From an uncultured virus (IMG/VR IMGVR_UViG_3300008219_000006) (lineage: Duplodnaviria; Heunggongvirae; Uroviricota; Caudoviricetes): 64,000 nt of DNA. The stretch is from the IMG/VR virus record IMGVR_UViG_3300008219_000006; one strand, given 5' to 3'. The position numbers and the translations under genes were made by a program. The notes under the pieces were generated by a model that had not been told where the DNA came from, ran no database searches, and saw only the letters and a program-made list of their open reading frames with translations. Positions 46,518 to 61,500 of the stretch are shown piece after piece (the stretch's first letter is position 1; the number at the start of each line of letters is the position of its first letter).

Positions 46518-49500
46518 ATGATTGTGCCAGAAGAAATTCAGCAACCTAAACACTTTAAGTCATTATTTGATTTACAATACGAAGAAGCTATGGATAGACA
46601 CGAAAACTTTTTCGGTCCATCTGATGCTCTTGATGCTCATAAAAACTTACGATGGTTAGAAGTTAAAGCTGGTAATATTTCTGAAGATGATTATATGGAA
46701 GAGTTTGGTTATTTCGATAGAAAAAAATCTATAGATGAAAGATCTAATCATTGGTATAATATGATTGATAATTATATTATTGAAGATCCTTTTACTATTG
46801 AACAACTAGAACAAGATCCAAGCCAAGCACAATATCTGGCAGTAATGAAAAAGAATCATGACCGTGGAGAATACAGTCTTGGTATTATGAGTCGAGAAGA
46901 AAGACTATCACTACCACAGCAAGGTGTTGGTATGTATCAAAGAAGTGGCTGGTATGAATCCCACCTAAAAGAACTTATGACAACCCATAGACAAAAGAAA
47001 GATGGTTCTTTTCTTCTTCAGTCAGATACTGGTCAAATATTAAATCCCGAAGAAATCGCTAAGTTTATTGATGAAGGAAGTATTGATCACACAAAAATTC
47101 TTCAGTGGAAAACACTTTCATTGGACGATCCTCTTTGGTGGGTAATTGGACAAGAGGGTACAGCTGCGGTACTAGATAAGAAAGCACATTCTGATTATTC
47201 TGGTAAAGATATGGTAATGGAACTTCAAGAGGTTGAACCATCTCTTTGGTCTGCATATATAGTAGCAGGAGGAACTGGACAAAGATTAGAACAAGCTAAG
47301 AATTCTTATGATTGGTGGTATAAGTTTAACTCTACATTGACTGATCATGCTATGGCATTATCTACTATGAAATATATGGTGGAAGACGAAAACTTTTTTG
47401 ATTGGATAATACCAGCTGGTATCTCTTTCTTTAAAGAATCTTTTATTAAAGATCCAGATATGACAGGAGATTTTACTGTTTGGGGTTCGATGACGGCAGC
47501 AGGGGCTGCAACAGGCGCAATAACTGGTCTAGGAGCAGGTACAATACCGGGCGCAATAGTAGGTGGTATTGGTGGGGGTATATATTGGTTAGGAAAAAGA
47601 GTTAAAAGAGTTCAAAGTGTTATGGACAGTATGATAAGTATGTCTCAGAAAGCAAAGAGACTCAATAGAAAACAACGCAGTCTTCTCTATTTGGAGACTG
47701 GGGTTAAGACAACAGAACAAATCTTAGATGTAATTATGCCAACACGGTGGGCTTCTTTTGTTGGAACGAAACTTGGTTATGTAGACAATCTAACCTTCTC
47801 GGAAAAAATGTCTGATGCTCTACACTTTAGAAAAGCGGCTTTTACAAGAAGGTTAAAGTTAGCTCCGTTTGATGCGCTTGAAGGATTTATTGAAGGAAGT
47901 ATTGTTCATATAGCAGATGCTAATGAAAGAGGAGCTAATTGGACTTTAGGTTCTATGATACAAGAGGGTGGTATAGAAGCGGTTGTTAGTATTGGATTGA
48001 ATCCGACTATGAGAGCAGCTATGCAGGGAGGCTCTGGTTTACTAGGAGCTGGAGCACAACTAACTAATAAATTTGTTTCAAAAAATAATGATCCTGTTAT
48101 TACAGATCTTATGAATAGAGCTTCAAGAATTGTATTTAGACCAAGAAGTTTGGAAGAACAAATGGAAGCTGTTGATAAGTACGATAAATTTATTGAGTTT
48201 GGTAGTAGATATAAAAATATATTTGGAGAATATTCTCATGCTGAAAGAATTGAAGCTGGAGAGGCCAAGTACTTGTTTCCTACAGATCCAAAGAGAGCTA
48301 ATAGAGAACGAAACTTTTTAGATTCTTTGTTTGATACGGTACAACTTTTGGCGCAAGCTCAGAATGTAGAAAACCAAACTTCATGGACCCTTAATAAGAT
48401 GGACGAAATCTTGTCGATGCTTGAAAAAAAAGTCAAGGATGAGAAGCGACCTAGTATGGGTATTAAGGAAGCAGCTGAATTATCTATAAAATCTTTAATT
48501 GGATCTATTGATGCGGTTGTTAAAGCAGATCCAGATTTTGATATTAATCTTGCGAACAACTTAAAAAATATGATAGCTAGTGAGTATAAAACATTTCTTC
48601 TTTTAGATATAGCTAGAAATCATGTAGATCCTATTACTGGCGAAAAGAAAGAACTAACTATAGAAGAAGTAATAGAAAAAATTGATCCTACTAAAGATGA
48701 GTTCGATGTCAATCTTTGGTTTAAGACTTTTACAGAAGCAGAAAGAGAATTATTAAACGATGAAATGGATCGAAGGGGACTAAAGCTAGAAGATATTACT
48801 GATGATCCAAAGCTAACCCAAGAGATAGTAGAAAAGGTTACTGAAGATTGGATGGGTAGAACAGAAGATACTCGAAGGTTAGAAGATGACGCTCAAAAAA
48901 AGAGAATAGAACACGCTTCGGCTCTTAGTGATTTCCTTGAACAACCTATAACTATTCAAGATATAAGAACTGGGGAAACTATTGTTGTAGGAGGAGATAG
49001 ATATACTGGTACTCCTCTAACTATAGATGAAGCTATTAAGAAGAAAAACGATACAGCAGACGAAGTAGAAAGTGAACCTGAGATAGATGAAGAGGAAGTT
49101 GAAATAACTGAATTAACTCCAAGAGAACAAAGGATTATAAGAAATTCACAAGAGAGGTTACAAAAAGGATTAGAAGCTTATAAAAAAGCAAAGACACCTA
49201 AAGAAAAGAAAAGTGCTTTAAAACAAATAGCTAATGCTGTTTGGAAAACTGAAGGAAGACTTAACAAAATAACAAAAGAACGAGCTGGAAAAGAAATAAT
49301 AGATTTGCAAAATGAAAGTCAAGGTATTTTAACTAAAGAAAATATTGAAATAGGACCAGATAAAGCTGGAGATCCTATGGATTTTAATAGAGTTGATACT
49401 GAAGTATCTGACATAAAAGGTGAAACAGCTGATACAAGTGAAAATTTTGTTATTTTACAAGTTAAACAACCAGTTATTAGACAAGGAAATGAAAGGTTAC

Positions 49501-52500
49501 AATATGCTAAAGTTGTATTAACACCAGCTGAAAAATTTACACCGGAACCTATAGATGCTCCTCAAACTATCGTACCTACTGAACCTCCTGCTGAACCTAA
49601 GAAGAAAACAAAGAGTCAAAGAAGAAAGTTACTTGAAAAAGCAAATGATGCAGAAGCCGTAGCTGAAGGATCTTTTGAAAAGATTAGCGAAGATCGAAAA
49701 GAAATGTTGATAGATGTTAATAATATTGATATTGAACTAGCTCAATTAAAAGCCCAACTTGATCAAATGAGCGATGAGTTTTATGAGACTGAAGAAGGTA
49801 AGAAAATAAAAGAAATAGCCGATAAACAAGCAAAGCTTAACGAAAAACGAAATGAATTACTTCGTGAAATGGGTTTTGAATCTAGAACTCATAGTGTAGA
49901 TGGTTCTAGTCTTAAGTCTGTTAAAGAAGCTATTATATCTTTTGCTAAAGAGGATATCGAATCCGAAAAGAATCGGCTTAAAGAGATTGAGAAAGATACA
50001 AATATTCTTGAAAATACCAAAAGAGTCTTGGCTAAAAAACTTGGAAAAGACGCTACAGATAATGATAAACAAGAGCTATTAAAACAAAAAAGATCAATCC
50101 TTCTCAAGTTCTTGACTAATAAAAGAAACAACGATACTGTTGCTGGAATAGCAAAAGCAGCAGAAATACCTGTAGAATTTATTAAGGCTTTAAAAAATAA
50201 CGAGGTTGTATCTCTAGAAGAGTTTGATAGAATTTTATCTAATACCAAAATACAGAGTTATTTGACTGGGATTATTAAAGACGTTAAAAAATATGGAACA
50301 CTAGAAGCTGATGTTGTAAAGAATAATATAGAGAAAGCAAACGAAAGAATAACAAATGCTGGAACATTAGCATCTAAATGGATGGAGAATGTTAAGAGTG
50401 GAAGAAAGAATTTACATGAATTAGGAAAAGCTCAAAGGGCTGCATCTAAGGTTCATAAATATCAAGAAATGACAGAACTAAGAGCAAAGATAGCTAATGT
50501 ATCGTTAGCAAAAGGAACCTCTGTTGCTAGACTTGCAGATATTCAGCCTGATTTTGATAACTTAGTAGAACTGGCTTATATAAAGCAAGTTATTTCGGAT
50601 ACAAAAGCAAGTAAGAGAGATCTAAAACAAAGGATGAAGGGTAAGCGTACTATTACCAAAGCAGATCTTAAGATTGTAATGTTAGGAAATTACCATACCC
50701 ATGAATATATAGATGGATTCTTTGTAACCTCTGAAGATTATTCAGGTCTTGATGAAGATTCCGAAATTGATATTGATAAAGCAAGAGATATAATTAGTAG
50801 CTTTGGTGAATGGCGAAAGAATACTTTAGGTAAGCATGTTGGTATTCAATTACAAAACGCTACTTTGGCAAATAGAAGACCAGAAGCGTTAAATAATTTA
50901 TCAGATGGGCTGAAAACAGCAGTTAATATTGAAGAGTTTGGTCCTAATGATAAGCCATTAATAAACATAACACCAGAACAAGCTAAGACAAATGCAAAAT
51001 CAAGAAGGGTAGAAGTTAAAGATACTGCTGAAAGTATAGGACAACTAGGTCTTGATCTGTTAAAAGCAACCAAATTACTATCTAATCTGAAGAGATTAAA
51101 TGGTAGGTATAGTAATATCGGTCTTGTTGTAGCTCAACTAAAGCAAGCTGGTTTGGAAAACCTTAATTTTGATCATCCTATTTTCCATACAGAACTTAGT
51201 CCGGTCATTCTAAAACATGCAGGAGATATAATGTATGATGCTAAGAATGAATTAGATCTTACAGAACTGTATCCTCTTGATATTACAATTGATGGTATTA
51301 AATCTGATGATTACTTGAATGTTATTGTAGATATTAATGAACTAGAGAATATTCTTACTGCTCTAGCTAGTCAAATAAATAACAAACTTCAGATTATGGT
51401 TAACGAGGGAATTAGGGGAGCCGATACACAGATCACTAATATGGATGAAGCTAGTCTTAATTTATATAAGCAATATGAACTTGTTACTAGGCTTCATGAA
51501 GGACTGTTAGAACACATCTCAACAATGACTAATCCCTTGAGAAGGGGATGGGATAGAGATCTTGATAGTCAATTCTTACAGCTTGGTGATACAACTTATG
51601 AAACAACTCCTCATGAATATCGTCAAACAGTTGAAAACTATTTTGCGAGAGGTCTTGGAGATATACAAAACAAAAGACTATGGGATGGATATAGAGATCT
51701 TTTTGAACAATATCTAATAACTAGAAAACCAGATCCCAAGAGTATAGACTTAGATATAAAAGAACTATATGAACAAATTTTAAGGGATGAAGTAACCTTT
51801 GATCATAATAGTCAAATAACTCTTATGTACAAACTTGTTCAAGAAGTTTTAGGTATTGAGGATATAACTCAACTAGGAGGACTTTCAGAAGGAAGTCGTT
51901 TGGCACTAGATTGGGTTTCGGCAGAAGAAGCTGGATTTGCTTTGGCTGATTTTATTTTCCGAAGAGAAGAAGTTTCCTTATATAGAAGAGTCGTTAAGAG
52001 AAAGAGTTCTTCAAAAACTGGCGAGGGTGAAATAACTAGTGAGCAGCAAATTACTGATAGCGAACAGGGAACAGAAACTGAATTACAAGCTAAATCAGTT
52101 AGAAGTGATATACCTTTGTCTGCTAGAAACCTAGCAAGAAATTGGGAAGAGTCTGTATATAGACATAGGATGAGAAAAAGTTTAGAGTATTTGACTACAG
52201 CAAGCGATGAGGAAGTTGAATTAGTTATTGCTAGTATTCGAGAAAGTGTTCCAAGTAAGGCAGAAGCTTATAAGAAGTATGCAGATGAAACAGGTAAGGA
52301 TGTTAAAACTCTAACTGCTGAAGAAAAAACTAAAGCAATTAAAACTTTTTATCTTCCTGAGAAAGAGAAGGTAGCCAAGATGGCTACAACCTATTCATTC
52401 CTACCTCAGATGACAAATAGATCTCCCGGTGAAACAATTACTAACTTTGAACGATGGGAATCTTTTGTGTTTGAGGTTATGATGGATTGGCCTGTATTGG

Positions 52501-55500
52501 GAATGAATCTTATACATGATGGTAGATATTATACAGATGGTACTGTTGTTGAGTTTCTAGGAAAAGACGAATCACATCAAAGGTATGCAGATGATAATGA
52601 TCTTGATGTTGAAACTCTTACTGAAGATCAAATTAAAGAAGCCGAAAGAGTTTATCCTCCTGAGATGTTGCACATGAAACCTTCTACTGCTGCTAGAGGA
52701 ACTAGAGCTCAGCGAAGTGAAGATAAAGTTCGTAAGGCAGCACATGCTGGTATGCCTATCGGTAAACTTACTTTAGCTGGATTCTTTACACAATGGGCTC
52801 ATGGAAGACTTAATATTAACTTTGAAGAGTTTGCTAAATCTGCCTTAACTCTTGGCAATGAAACAGTAAAAAGTTTGGGAATCAATAATCTATTTAATTT
52901 TACATCAAGTAAAAACTATGCCGATCTTAATGCTGCTGGTATTCATTCACACTTTAGCGTATTAATGATGACACCAAAAAACAGAGAGGCTGCTGAAGCT
53001 TTGTTGGATAAACTAGTAAACCAAAGAAACAAAGTTTTAGGAACTACTCCTGAAGATCAGTATCTTGAGGCTAGTGAGTTTGTATTAGAAACAGCTTTAC
53101 ATACATTAGAAATATCTGGATTGCATACAGATATTTTTCCGGGTATACAATCTTTAGAGAAGATTGCTGCTGAGTTTGATTTTGAAGGGGTTTTAAAAGA
53201 TATTAAAGCTGGTAGAAAAAAAACTGCAAGAGTCGAAAAATTCAGAAAACTTATAAAGCACCCTATTATGGTTAAACTTTATTGGGCTGGACAAGAAGGT
53301 ATTAAAAGTTCTTTTAGTGATGCAAAGGATGCGGGACTGCTTGAAGGATTTACTGAACAGGACTTAGATTGGTTTGCTCTCTTCTTAGCTCAAGGTGGTG
53401 CAGTTTTGCGACACAATCTACTTAACCATGCTCTTCAAAATAAAGACGGTAAGCCTACTAGCGATGTTCTTGGAGAATCTATGGGCGTTGATATGGGCGA
53501 TAGACAAGAGGCTCTCAGGATATTAAAAGACTTAGCCAATCAAGAAACAGATGTTGTTAAAAATTATATGGACCTGTATGGCAAACAAATTGAAGGCAGA
53601 GATACAAAAGCAAGAACTCTTGAAAAATCCTTAGAAGATTTTGTGAGTGCTAAAGCTTTATATCTTGCACAAGGAGATCTTGCTAGAGCAGAAGAACTTA
53701 AGCCTAAGATTAGAGCAGAACATAAAAAGAGAATTGAAAACCTACAAGAATATCTAAGAGAGAACGGACTAAAGGAAGAATCCTTAAATGATCCTGTAGT
53801 TATGAATCAACACAGAGGAGAAATTGAAAGAATAATGATGGGTTGGGAGGGAGATGCATGGAAAGAAATGCCAATGCTTCGTGCTATTAATGAAAAGAAT
53901 GCTCAACCTGTTACTCTAGCAATAGATGAAAAAACCAAAGCTGCTGGAAAACCAGCTGGTATTGATATGGATCATGTTGGAGAACATTGGTTAATGGGTA
54001 GCCTATTAGATAAGTTTACCCTGTTCATAGAATATGGAATTGATACCTCATCGGGTCGATACAATCCTATGGATCCAAGTCCTTTGACACCATATAACTC
54101 AACTCTTGGATCTTTCCGTAGTGATGAAAAACCATACTCTATCTGGAAAACAGAAAACAATAGATTTGCTAAGATGGCTACTGATGAAGAGGGTAATTTA
54201 GATCCTAAAAAGATGAGGGCTTATATAAATAGATTGATTGCTATTGACTTATCTATAAGAATGATACAAGACTATGATCCTCCAATTCCAAATTTTGAAC
54301 CATATACAGAAAAAGATTTCTGGGCAGATTGGCAAACAGAGTCAGATCATACAGTAGCTTCTAGAGAAAGAGAAATCAATTTTTGGGAAGATCCAGAAAA
54401 CAATGATTATGAAATATCTAAAGAAGAATTCAATAAGAATACATATGGTGGGACAAGAGATCATAGGTCTAGACCATTGTTTGCTAGGCGTAATATAGAT
54501 TATAAGAGTAATCAAGAAATGAGTACTAAAGATCCTGCTGGTATCGCGGCTTTACGTCCTAGAACAGGAAAGCCCGGAAACCTAATGCATGACAGAGGAT
54601 CTATGTTTCTTAGGAAAGAATCTTTAAATAGAAAGCTGAGAGAGAAAGAACAAAGATTAGAACATCTTCGTAATACAATAAATACTACTGAAATTGATAC
54701 TAATATTATGTCTGATATTATTAGTGGAGCACATCCTTTCCAATCTGATACATTACCTGTAGGACCAACACCAGATACTACAACCCTTTCTCATGTCTTT
54801 GGAGATACTATAGATGAACAAGTATACAGAGCTATACGAAACATTGAAAATAAGATTCGTCCTTGGGCTATGGAACGTGGTTACTATAAAGAAGTAAAAG
54901 ATAATAAATGGGGACGATTGTGGATTATGTGGGAGATGGATCGTCTTCATAAGAATACTATTAGAGAAACAAGACAAATCCTAAAAAGTTTTCGTGGAGC
55001 TGATGTTTGGGATCAGAACGATATAGAAATAGGAATGCGACAGATAAGACTTTCTTATTACGATAAGCTTTACAAACTTCGATCAGTTGTACATGAACTA
55101 AGAAGTAAAGGCTTTGATTCTAGAGAAGCTGATATTATGGAAAATCAACTTAGTGCTCATATCAATATGGATGATATGACCTATATCGAACTAGCAAGAA
55201 CTCTAGCAGATAGCGGATTTGCTCAGGATTCAAGAGTCTTTACTCCAGCTCCTCATCATTTAATGGCTATTGATCCAGAAACAGCAGCAGATCCTGTAGA
55301 ATTTACAAGAACTGTTGAAGGTCCCATTGCTATGCATCACTTAGAGCAAGCATTAGCTGAGCATGAAATAGTATTTATAAGTTATGTAAACGAAGAATTA
55401 AATATATTGTCTAAAGAAGATACTGAATTAGGGAAATATCTAAGGGATAAAAGAGATACTTTTGAAAGCGGTCGCCATCTTAATTGGAAAGACCTTCAAA

Positions 55501-58500
55501 ATATGATGTGGTCTGAAAACGAAACTGTTAATCAATGGGCAATGGATATTCTAGATAAGGCTGAAAAGAAAGCTATTAATGCAGAGCATAAGAATTTTTA
55601 TATCTACTTAGATCCTGACAGTGAAACTAGATCTACGATGACTTATGATAGAAAAGAAGAAGGAAATGTAAAAAGACTTTGGGGTGGATGGAGTCCGTTG
55701 ATTTCACAAAAACCTATTGGTAGTGCAAGGTATCATCTGACTCCAGAAGGATTGCAACAACTATTTGTTAATATTCGGTCTACCTTATTCAAGAAATTAG
55801 AAGATAGACAAATTACTGGCATTAGTACTCTGCACTCTGAACCATCTTTGGCTCAACGATTAGACTCTGGTTATCAAGCAGATACTAGAAGATCTCACGA
55901 AGCGTTGTTAAAGGCGTTTGAACTTATGGGTGATACTGAAGTCGGAGACTATACTCTTGTTGATAAATCAAGAAGAAGTTCTTTTGATGATAGAGAACCT
56001 CAAAGAGTTCTTGATATAGATAAACTTTCAGGTATGAAGATAGTAACTGGTAATAGATTTGATCATGCTTGGGATAGAGCTTACTACTCTCAGTGGGAAG
56101 CAACTAAAGAAGCTGCTAGAAGGCAAGGTAAAACAAGGCTACTAGATTATTTAATAAATCAAGAAGAGCTAAATCCTGAACTTGTAAAAATACATGCTAT
56201 ATCATTACATGCTGAAAACTTTATGGGACTTGGTACTGAAGAAGCAAGAATATATGCAGCTGCTATAACAAACAAAGATGTTGATTGGGTTGATAAAAAT
56301 ACTTTGTTACTAGATAATCTACAACAAGAGATTAACAAGTGGGAATTTTCAGGTCCTTTAGAAAAAGCTATTATGGAATTAGAACGGCATCATAGAAATA
56401 CATCTACAGAAAATACTTTAGATAGAACTAATGTAGATAATTTAAGAAAGGTATTAAAAGTATTTGGTATGGAAGATTCTGCTATAGATGCTATGCCTGA
56501 ATTCAAGGATTATAATAAATGGATGAATAACGGTTTATCGGTAGTTATTGATATTGAAACTGATATTGCTGAGGATGGTGTTCCAACAAAAATATATCGA
56601 GTAGTTAAACATTATTCTAGGAAAAATACAAAAGCTGGTTTTATTTCTGAAGTTGTAACAGGAGAAGATTTAAACAGTATTCTCGTAGAAATAGAAAGAG
56701 CTCAGCAAGCTGGATATAAGGTTGTTACTTATAACGGCAATACTTTTGACTTTAAGCATCTAGTTAGGTTAGGAGCAGATCCTAAGATAGCTGCAAGAAT
56801 TGCTACTAGAAGCATTGATTTGTATAGTCTCTTAAGAAGAATGAAAGCTAATCAAGATAGTCGTAAGGGAAGCTTAGGACGAATATCTGAACTACTTAAT
56901 CTTGGTAAGAAAAAAGAAATTGGTGGATATATGGTTCACCTTTTGGAATTAAGGAAAAGTGGAAAGACTTTAGATAAAACAGATTTACCTATAGCCTATA
57001 GAAATGATGAAATAGCTATTGATGAATTAAATAAAATTAATGATATGGATTCATCTGATCCATCTTTAGAAACTCGTATTGTAAACTATACTCTTGAAGA
57101 CGGTGTATTAACAAATAAACTATTTGCGGAGTTGTTAAAACGTCAAGGAGAAACTAATATTAGTCTTGGAGAAATTGGAACTCTTGATTTAGTTACAGAA
57201 CTGTATCCAAACTGGGCATTAGATATAGATGGAACTAGAGCTGTAACTAATAAAGATGCCTTTAAATGGATAGATGATGTAGTTATTCCTAAGCTTATTG
57301 GTAAGGAAGAAGATACTTCTGACTTTGGATTGCATAACAAAGGGTTTGTGACTGAAACTGGGAGTAGATTTAGAGATCGAGCAGAGAGAGAAGCAAAAGA
57401 ATTCTTTAGAAGAGGAAGGCTTTGGGCTGATAAGAGAGAATTCAATGAACAACGAGATAAACTAAACGGTAAGAACTACGATGCAATCGAGGTCTTGTCG
57501 TATCAAGACTTTATTAATGAGGTTTTAGGAGAATCAGTTACACTAACAGAAAATGATGGAAGACTAATGGCAGCTAAATATGCTATGGAAGCTATTATGG
57601 CTGAGCGTAAACCTACAGAACTTAATCTATTAGATTTAACTAGAGGTATAGATGAAGATGTAGATTTATCCGATCTTGGGGATTCTAAAAAATTCGATCT
57701 TGTCTTTATACACAATGATGCTGCTCTTAAAATGAATAAAACATTATCTAGAGCAGAGAGAGATGGTACTCTTAAACCAGAAGTAGTAGTTGGGTTGAGA
57801 ATAATGTTTGCTCATTTAGCTAGAATGAATCCAGACTTCTTTAGAACAGTCGAGTTTGAGATAGATCCTAGTGATATATTCGATACTCAAGGAAGAAGGC
57901 AACGGGGTAGATTTGGTATTAAAGATAATAAATTCCATATGATTATAGATCCAAGAGAATCTACCGATGTTCAGATTGTTGAAATTGCTCTTCATGAAAT
58001 CATAGGACATATGGGCGTTGAGAAGTTTGTTAGAAAGAATGAAGCTGATTGGGTAAGTATGGTTGAATGGCTAAGAACTGCTTCTGGTAGAAACGTAGTT
58101 GCAGACTTTGTAAAATCAAATCCAAAATATAGTCACTTAACTGAAGCAGAAAAGAATAAGAAAGTTGAATATTACCAAACAAATCCTGAAGAATGGGCTG
58201 CTCTTTATATTTCTTATCAGCTTATGAAGGATGTTACTCATGATTCTATGATTGATATCAATAATCCTAAAATTAATAGATCTCTAAGAGGCATGATTAA
58301 TAAGATTGTGTCTTCAATAAGAAACCATCTTCAAACAATTACCGATGCTTTGTTTAGGTTTAGAAAGACATATCCTCAAGCATATGAGATGATGGAACGA
58401 ATTACAGAAAATGCTTATGGTTATCAAACAAAAGGTAATATAAGATATAGAAGAGAAGCACAAACTCCAAATCGAGTAGCAAACGATTATGAATCTACCC

Positions 58501-61500
58501 ATGAAGGATCTGATACAGAAAACATGTATTCTTTTCTTAATCCCTTAGCCGGAGAACAGGGAGATAATGCTCTTACTCTTCATGCATTTGATAAAAATAG
58601 TGGGGTTAAGATGGGAACTCCTTTGAAGAAGGGAGAGCTTTCTGGACTAGCTAAGACAGAAGAAATTGAAACATGGGTAAGAGAAGAAGAAAACGCTAGA
58701 AGAACTCGTATTGATTTAAGAAATGAATTAAATAATCTTACTATAGGTTCTGCTGAACACATCGCTAAACAAATAGAGTTTGATAATGCTGCTAAAAAAG
58801 AAGGAGAAATATCTCAAAGAATAAGTGATAATGAATATAATAATCTTTTTGGACAATCAAGAAGAGAAGTAGCAGATAATAAAGTTGAATTAGCTAGAAG
58901 GTTTGGTGACGAACAAGTAGTTGATTATATGTTGGGTGATGAAGCTAATGGGTTTGTTATGAAACAACAACAATACAACGCAGGTAAGCTAAGAGAGATA
59001 ATGACTTCTAGTAAACAAGAAGATATTACATTAGCTAAAACATTCCTAGCTTTGTCTTTTGAAAATATGATTAAAAAGCGTGGAGACTATGTAAGAGAAA
59101 ACGCAGAACGATGGTTATCTATGTTTCCTCATATATACATGAGATTAAACAGATTGGCAACAGGTGGTCTTGCTGGTCTTAATACTACTCAATCAGATCA
59201 AACATATTTAAATACCATTATTCCTATTGTTATCTTAAGTAATCTAGTTGTACCCGGACTTGAAAATGTTTCTGGTAATGTACAAAATACAAAGGGATGG
59301 GATAGTTTGGATGATAGGCGAAACGAGTTGTTTGATATAGAAGAAGCAGCTAGAGAGTATGATAAAGAATTTGTTAAGAATACTGTTGATGGTAAGACTA
59401 TGACAGAAGTACAATTTGATCAAATAAAAGAACTATCTCTTTCTTTAATCAATGATCCATCTAGTGTCTCTTCCAGCCATCCTTTTTATGATTTAGCTAG
59501 AGAATATTCTAAGACATCTGAACAACTCATACAAAGAGCTACTGATTATCTTGTTAATGCCCGTGTATTACAAGAAAGACATTTAGAAAAACCAGAGCAT
59601 AGACTTATGCTATCTTTAAACAAAACAAAAATAGGAGATCTTATATCTAAGAATCCAGATGTTATTACTCAAGCTAAGGATGAAATAAGAAGACAAGTTT
59701 TAGAAAATCTGTCTTTAACAGATACTTCATCTATTGTAGATCCTGTTTCTCTATATGCTTCTGGTATTCTACCTGACATAACATCAAGTGAAGTTAATCT
59801 TACTTTTATTAGAGGTTGGGATGATATGCCTTTGGTTATCAGAAATAAGATTGATCAAGAAATTAAAAACGATCCTTCATTAATGACAATAACTGAATGG
59901 GATAGTGACATGCTTATGCTTGATACTAATCCTAGCTCTGAAGCTAAAGCTAGATTAAAGATATATAAAATTCGGAAACAAAAGGTTGAAGCATTATATA
60001 AGAAAGCAGATTACGGTGCTACTACTTTATCAGATATTATAGGATCTGGTACTTCTGCTGGAGAAGCAGCTTCTATCATATCACAATATAATTCTTCATT
60101 AGAAGCACACAATACTTCTTTAGTAGATAAGTTTAGAGCACATTCTGGAAGTTATCTGGCAACTATGATTCTTAGTGGAAATGGTTTAGCGAGAGATTCT
60201 GGTACTCATATGTTATTTACAAGTAAGGAAGCCAATAGTGTTGTTGGATTTAAATCATATCTTCTTATGAATAGAATTGGTTCTACTGCTTTTATTCCCC
60301 ATTCAATTGTTGGAATACCTAAGTCTTATGAATTAATGACAAACGATAAAACAAAGATGTTGTTTAATACCGATGTAGGTAGTATATCACGGGCTCTTAC
60401 AAGAGGACCGGGATGGAATGCTGGAACAATTCTAGTAATGAAGGAATTTACTAATTCAAATATAAACTTTTCTGACTTTCTGGATATGTTTAGAAATGTT
60501 ATTGATAACTCGCCTGATTTAGATAGTATTAATGTTATAGATCAGTCTGTTCTAAACCTTAGTACAAAAATGAGAACTGATCTTAAAAGCAAGATATTAG
60601 ATGATATTGAAACTCTAAGAAGAAAGATGCAGATTACTGGTGGTATTGCACTTAGACAATATAATAGATGGAATAGTGCAATTGATACTGCAAATGATTT
60701 TACTTCTACTTTGTTAGGACCAAACCTAACAGTAGCTACGCTAACTGTTGAAGGTATGATGAATACTACCTCTCTTATGTTTGGCGGTCCTCAAGGATTA
60801 AAGAACTTTGCAACTGCTGTGATTGATTCTATAGCATTTGCTTCTTCTGGTAGTACTAAAAAAGGACGTAGCCAAATGCGTCAGCTTGCTAGAGAAATGG
60901 GATGGTATGCAAAACATAAGAGACATAGTATGTTTGAAGTACACCGTTCTGTTCTTTATGGCGATGAACTCCATGATGATGAAGTAGGTGGGCTTAAAAG
61001 ATATCTTAGAAGAACTAAAACTTATTCTAATAGTGTAAACGGTGGTATTAATATTGCTCTTAGAAGTCAATCTACTATGTCCTATAGAAAATGGTTTGCA
61101 GAAATTCTTGGAAATGATAAGCTTAAAGAATTAATTATTAAAGTAAATGATGCTAAAGAAAAAGGTGAGTTTAAAACTAGAGCAGATATTAAGAGGGTAG
61201 TAAAAGAAGTACTAGGTTCTTCTCATGGAAGAACTGAAGCTGTTTATCAAATGGCTAAAGCTGGTCTTTTAGATCTTGATATTCTACCTGATATTAAAAC
61301 TCTTATTGATGAATCTGATGTTGTATATGGTGTACATACTTATGGTGGTAGAATGAGAAACTACATAAGCGAAAAGACAGATACAGCAGAAAGAACAAGA
61401 CTTAATGAGGTATTGCGGAAAATGAAGAATTGGGAAAATATCGTAGTACATATGAATATTGTTGATCCTAATGCTATGGATATTGATACAACGGATGTTC

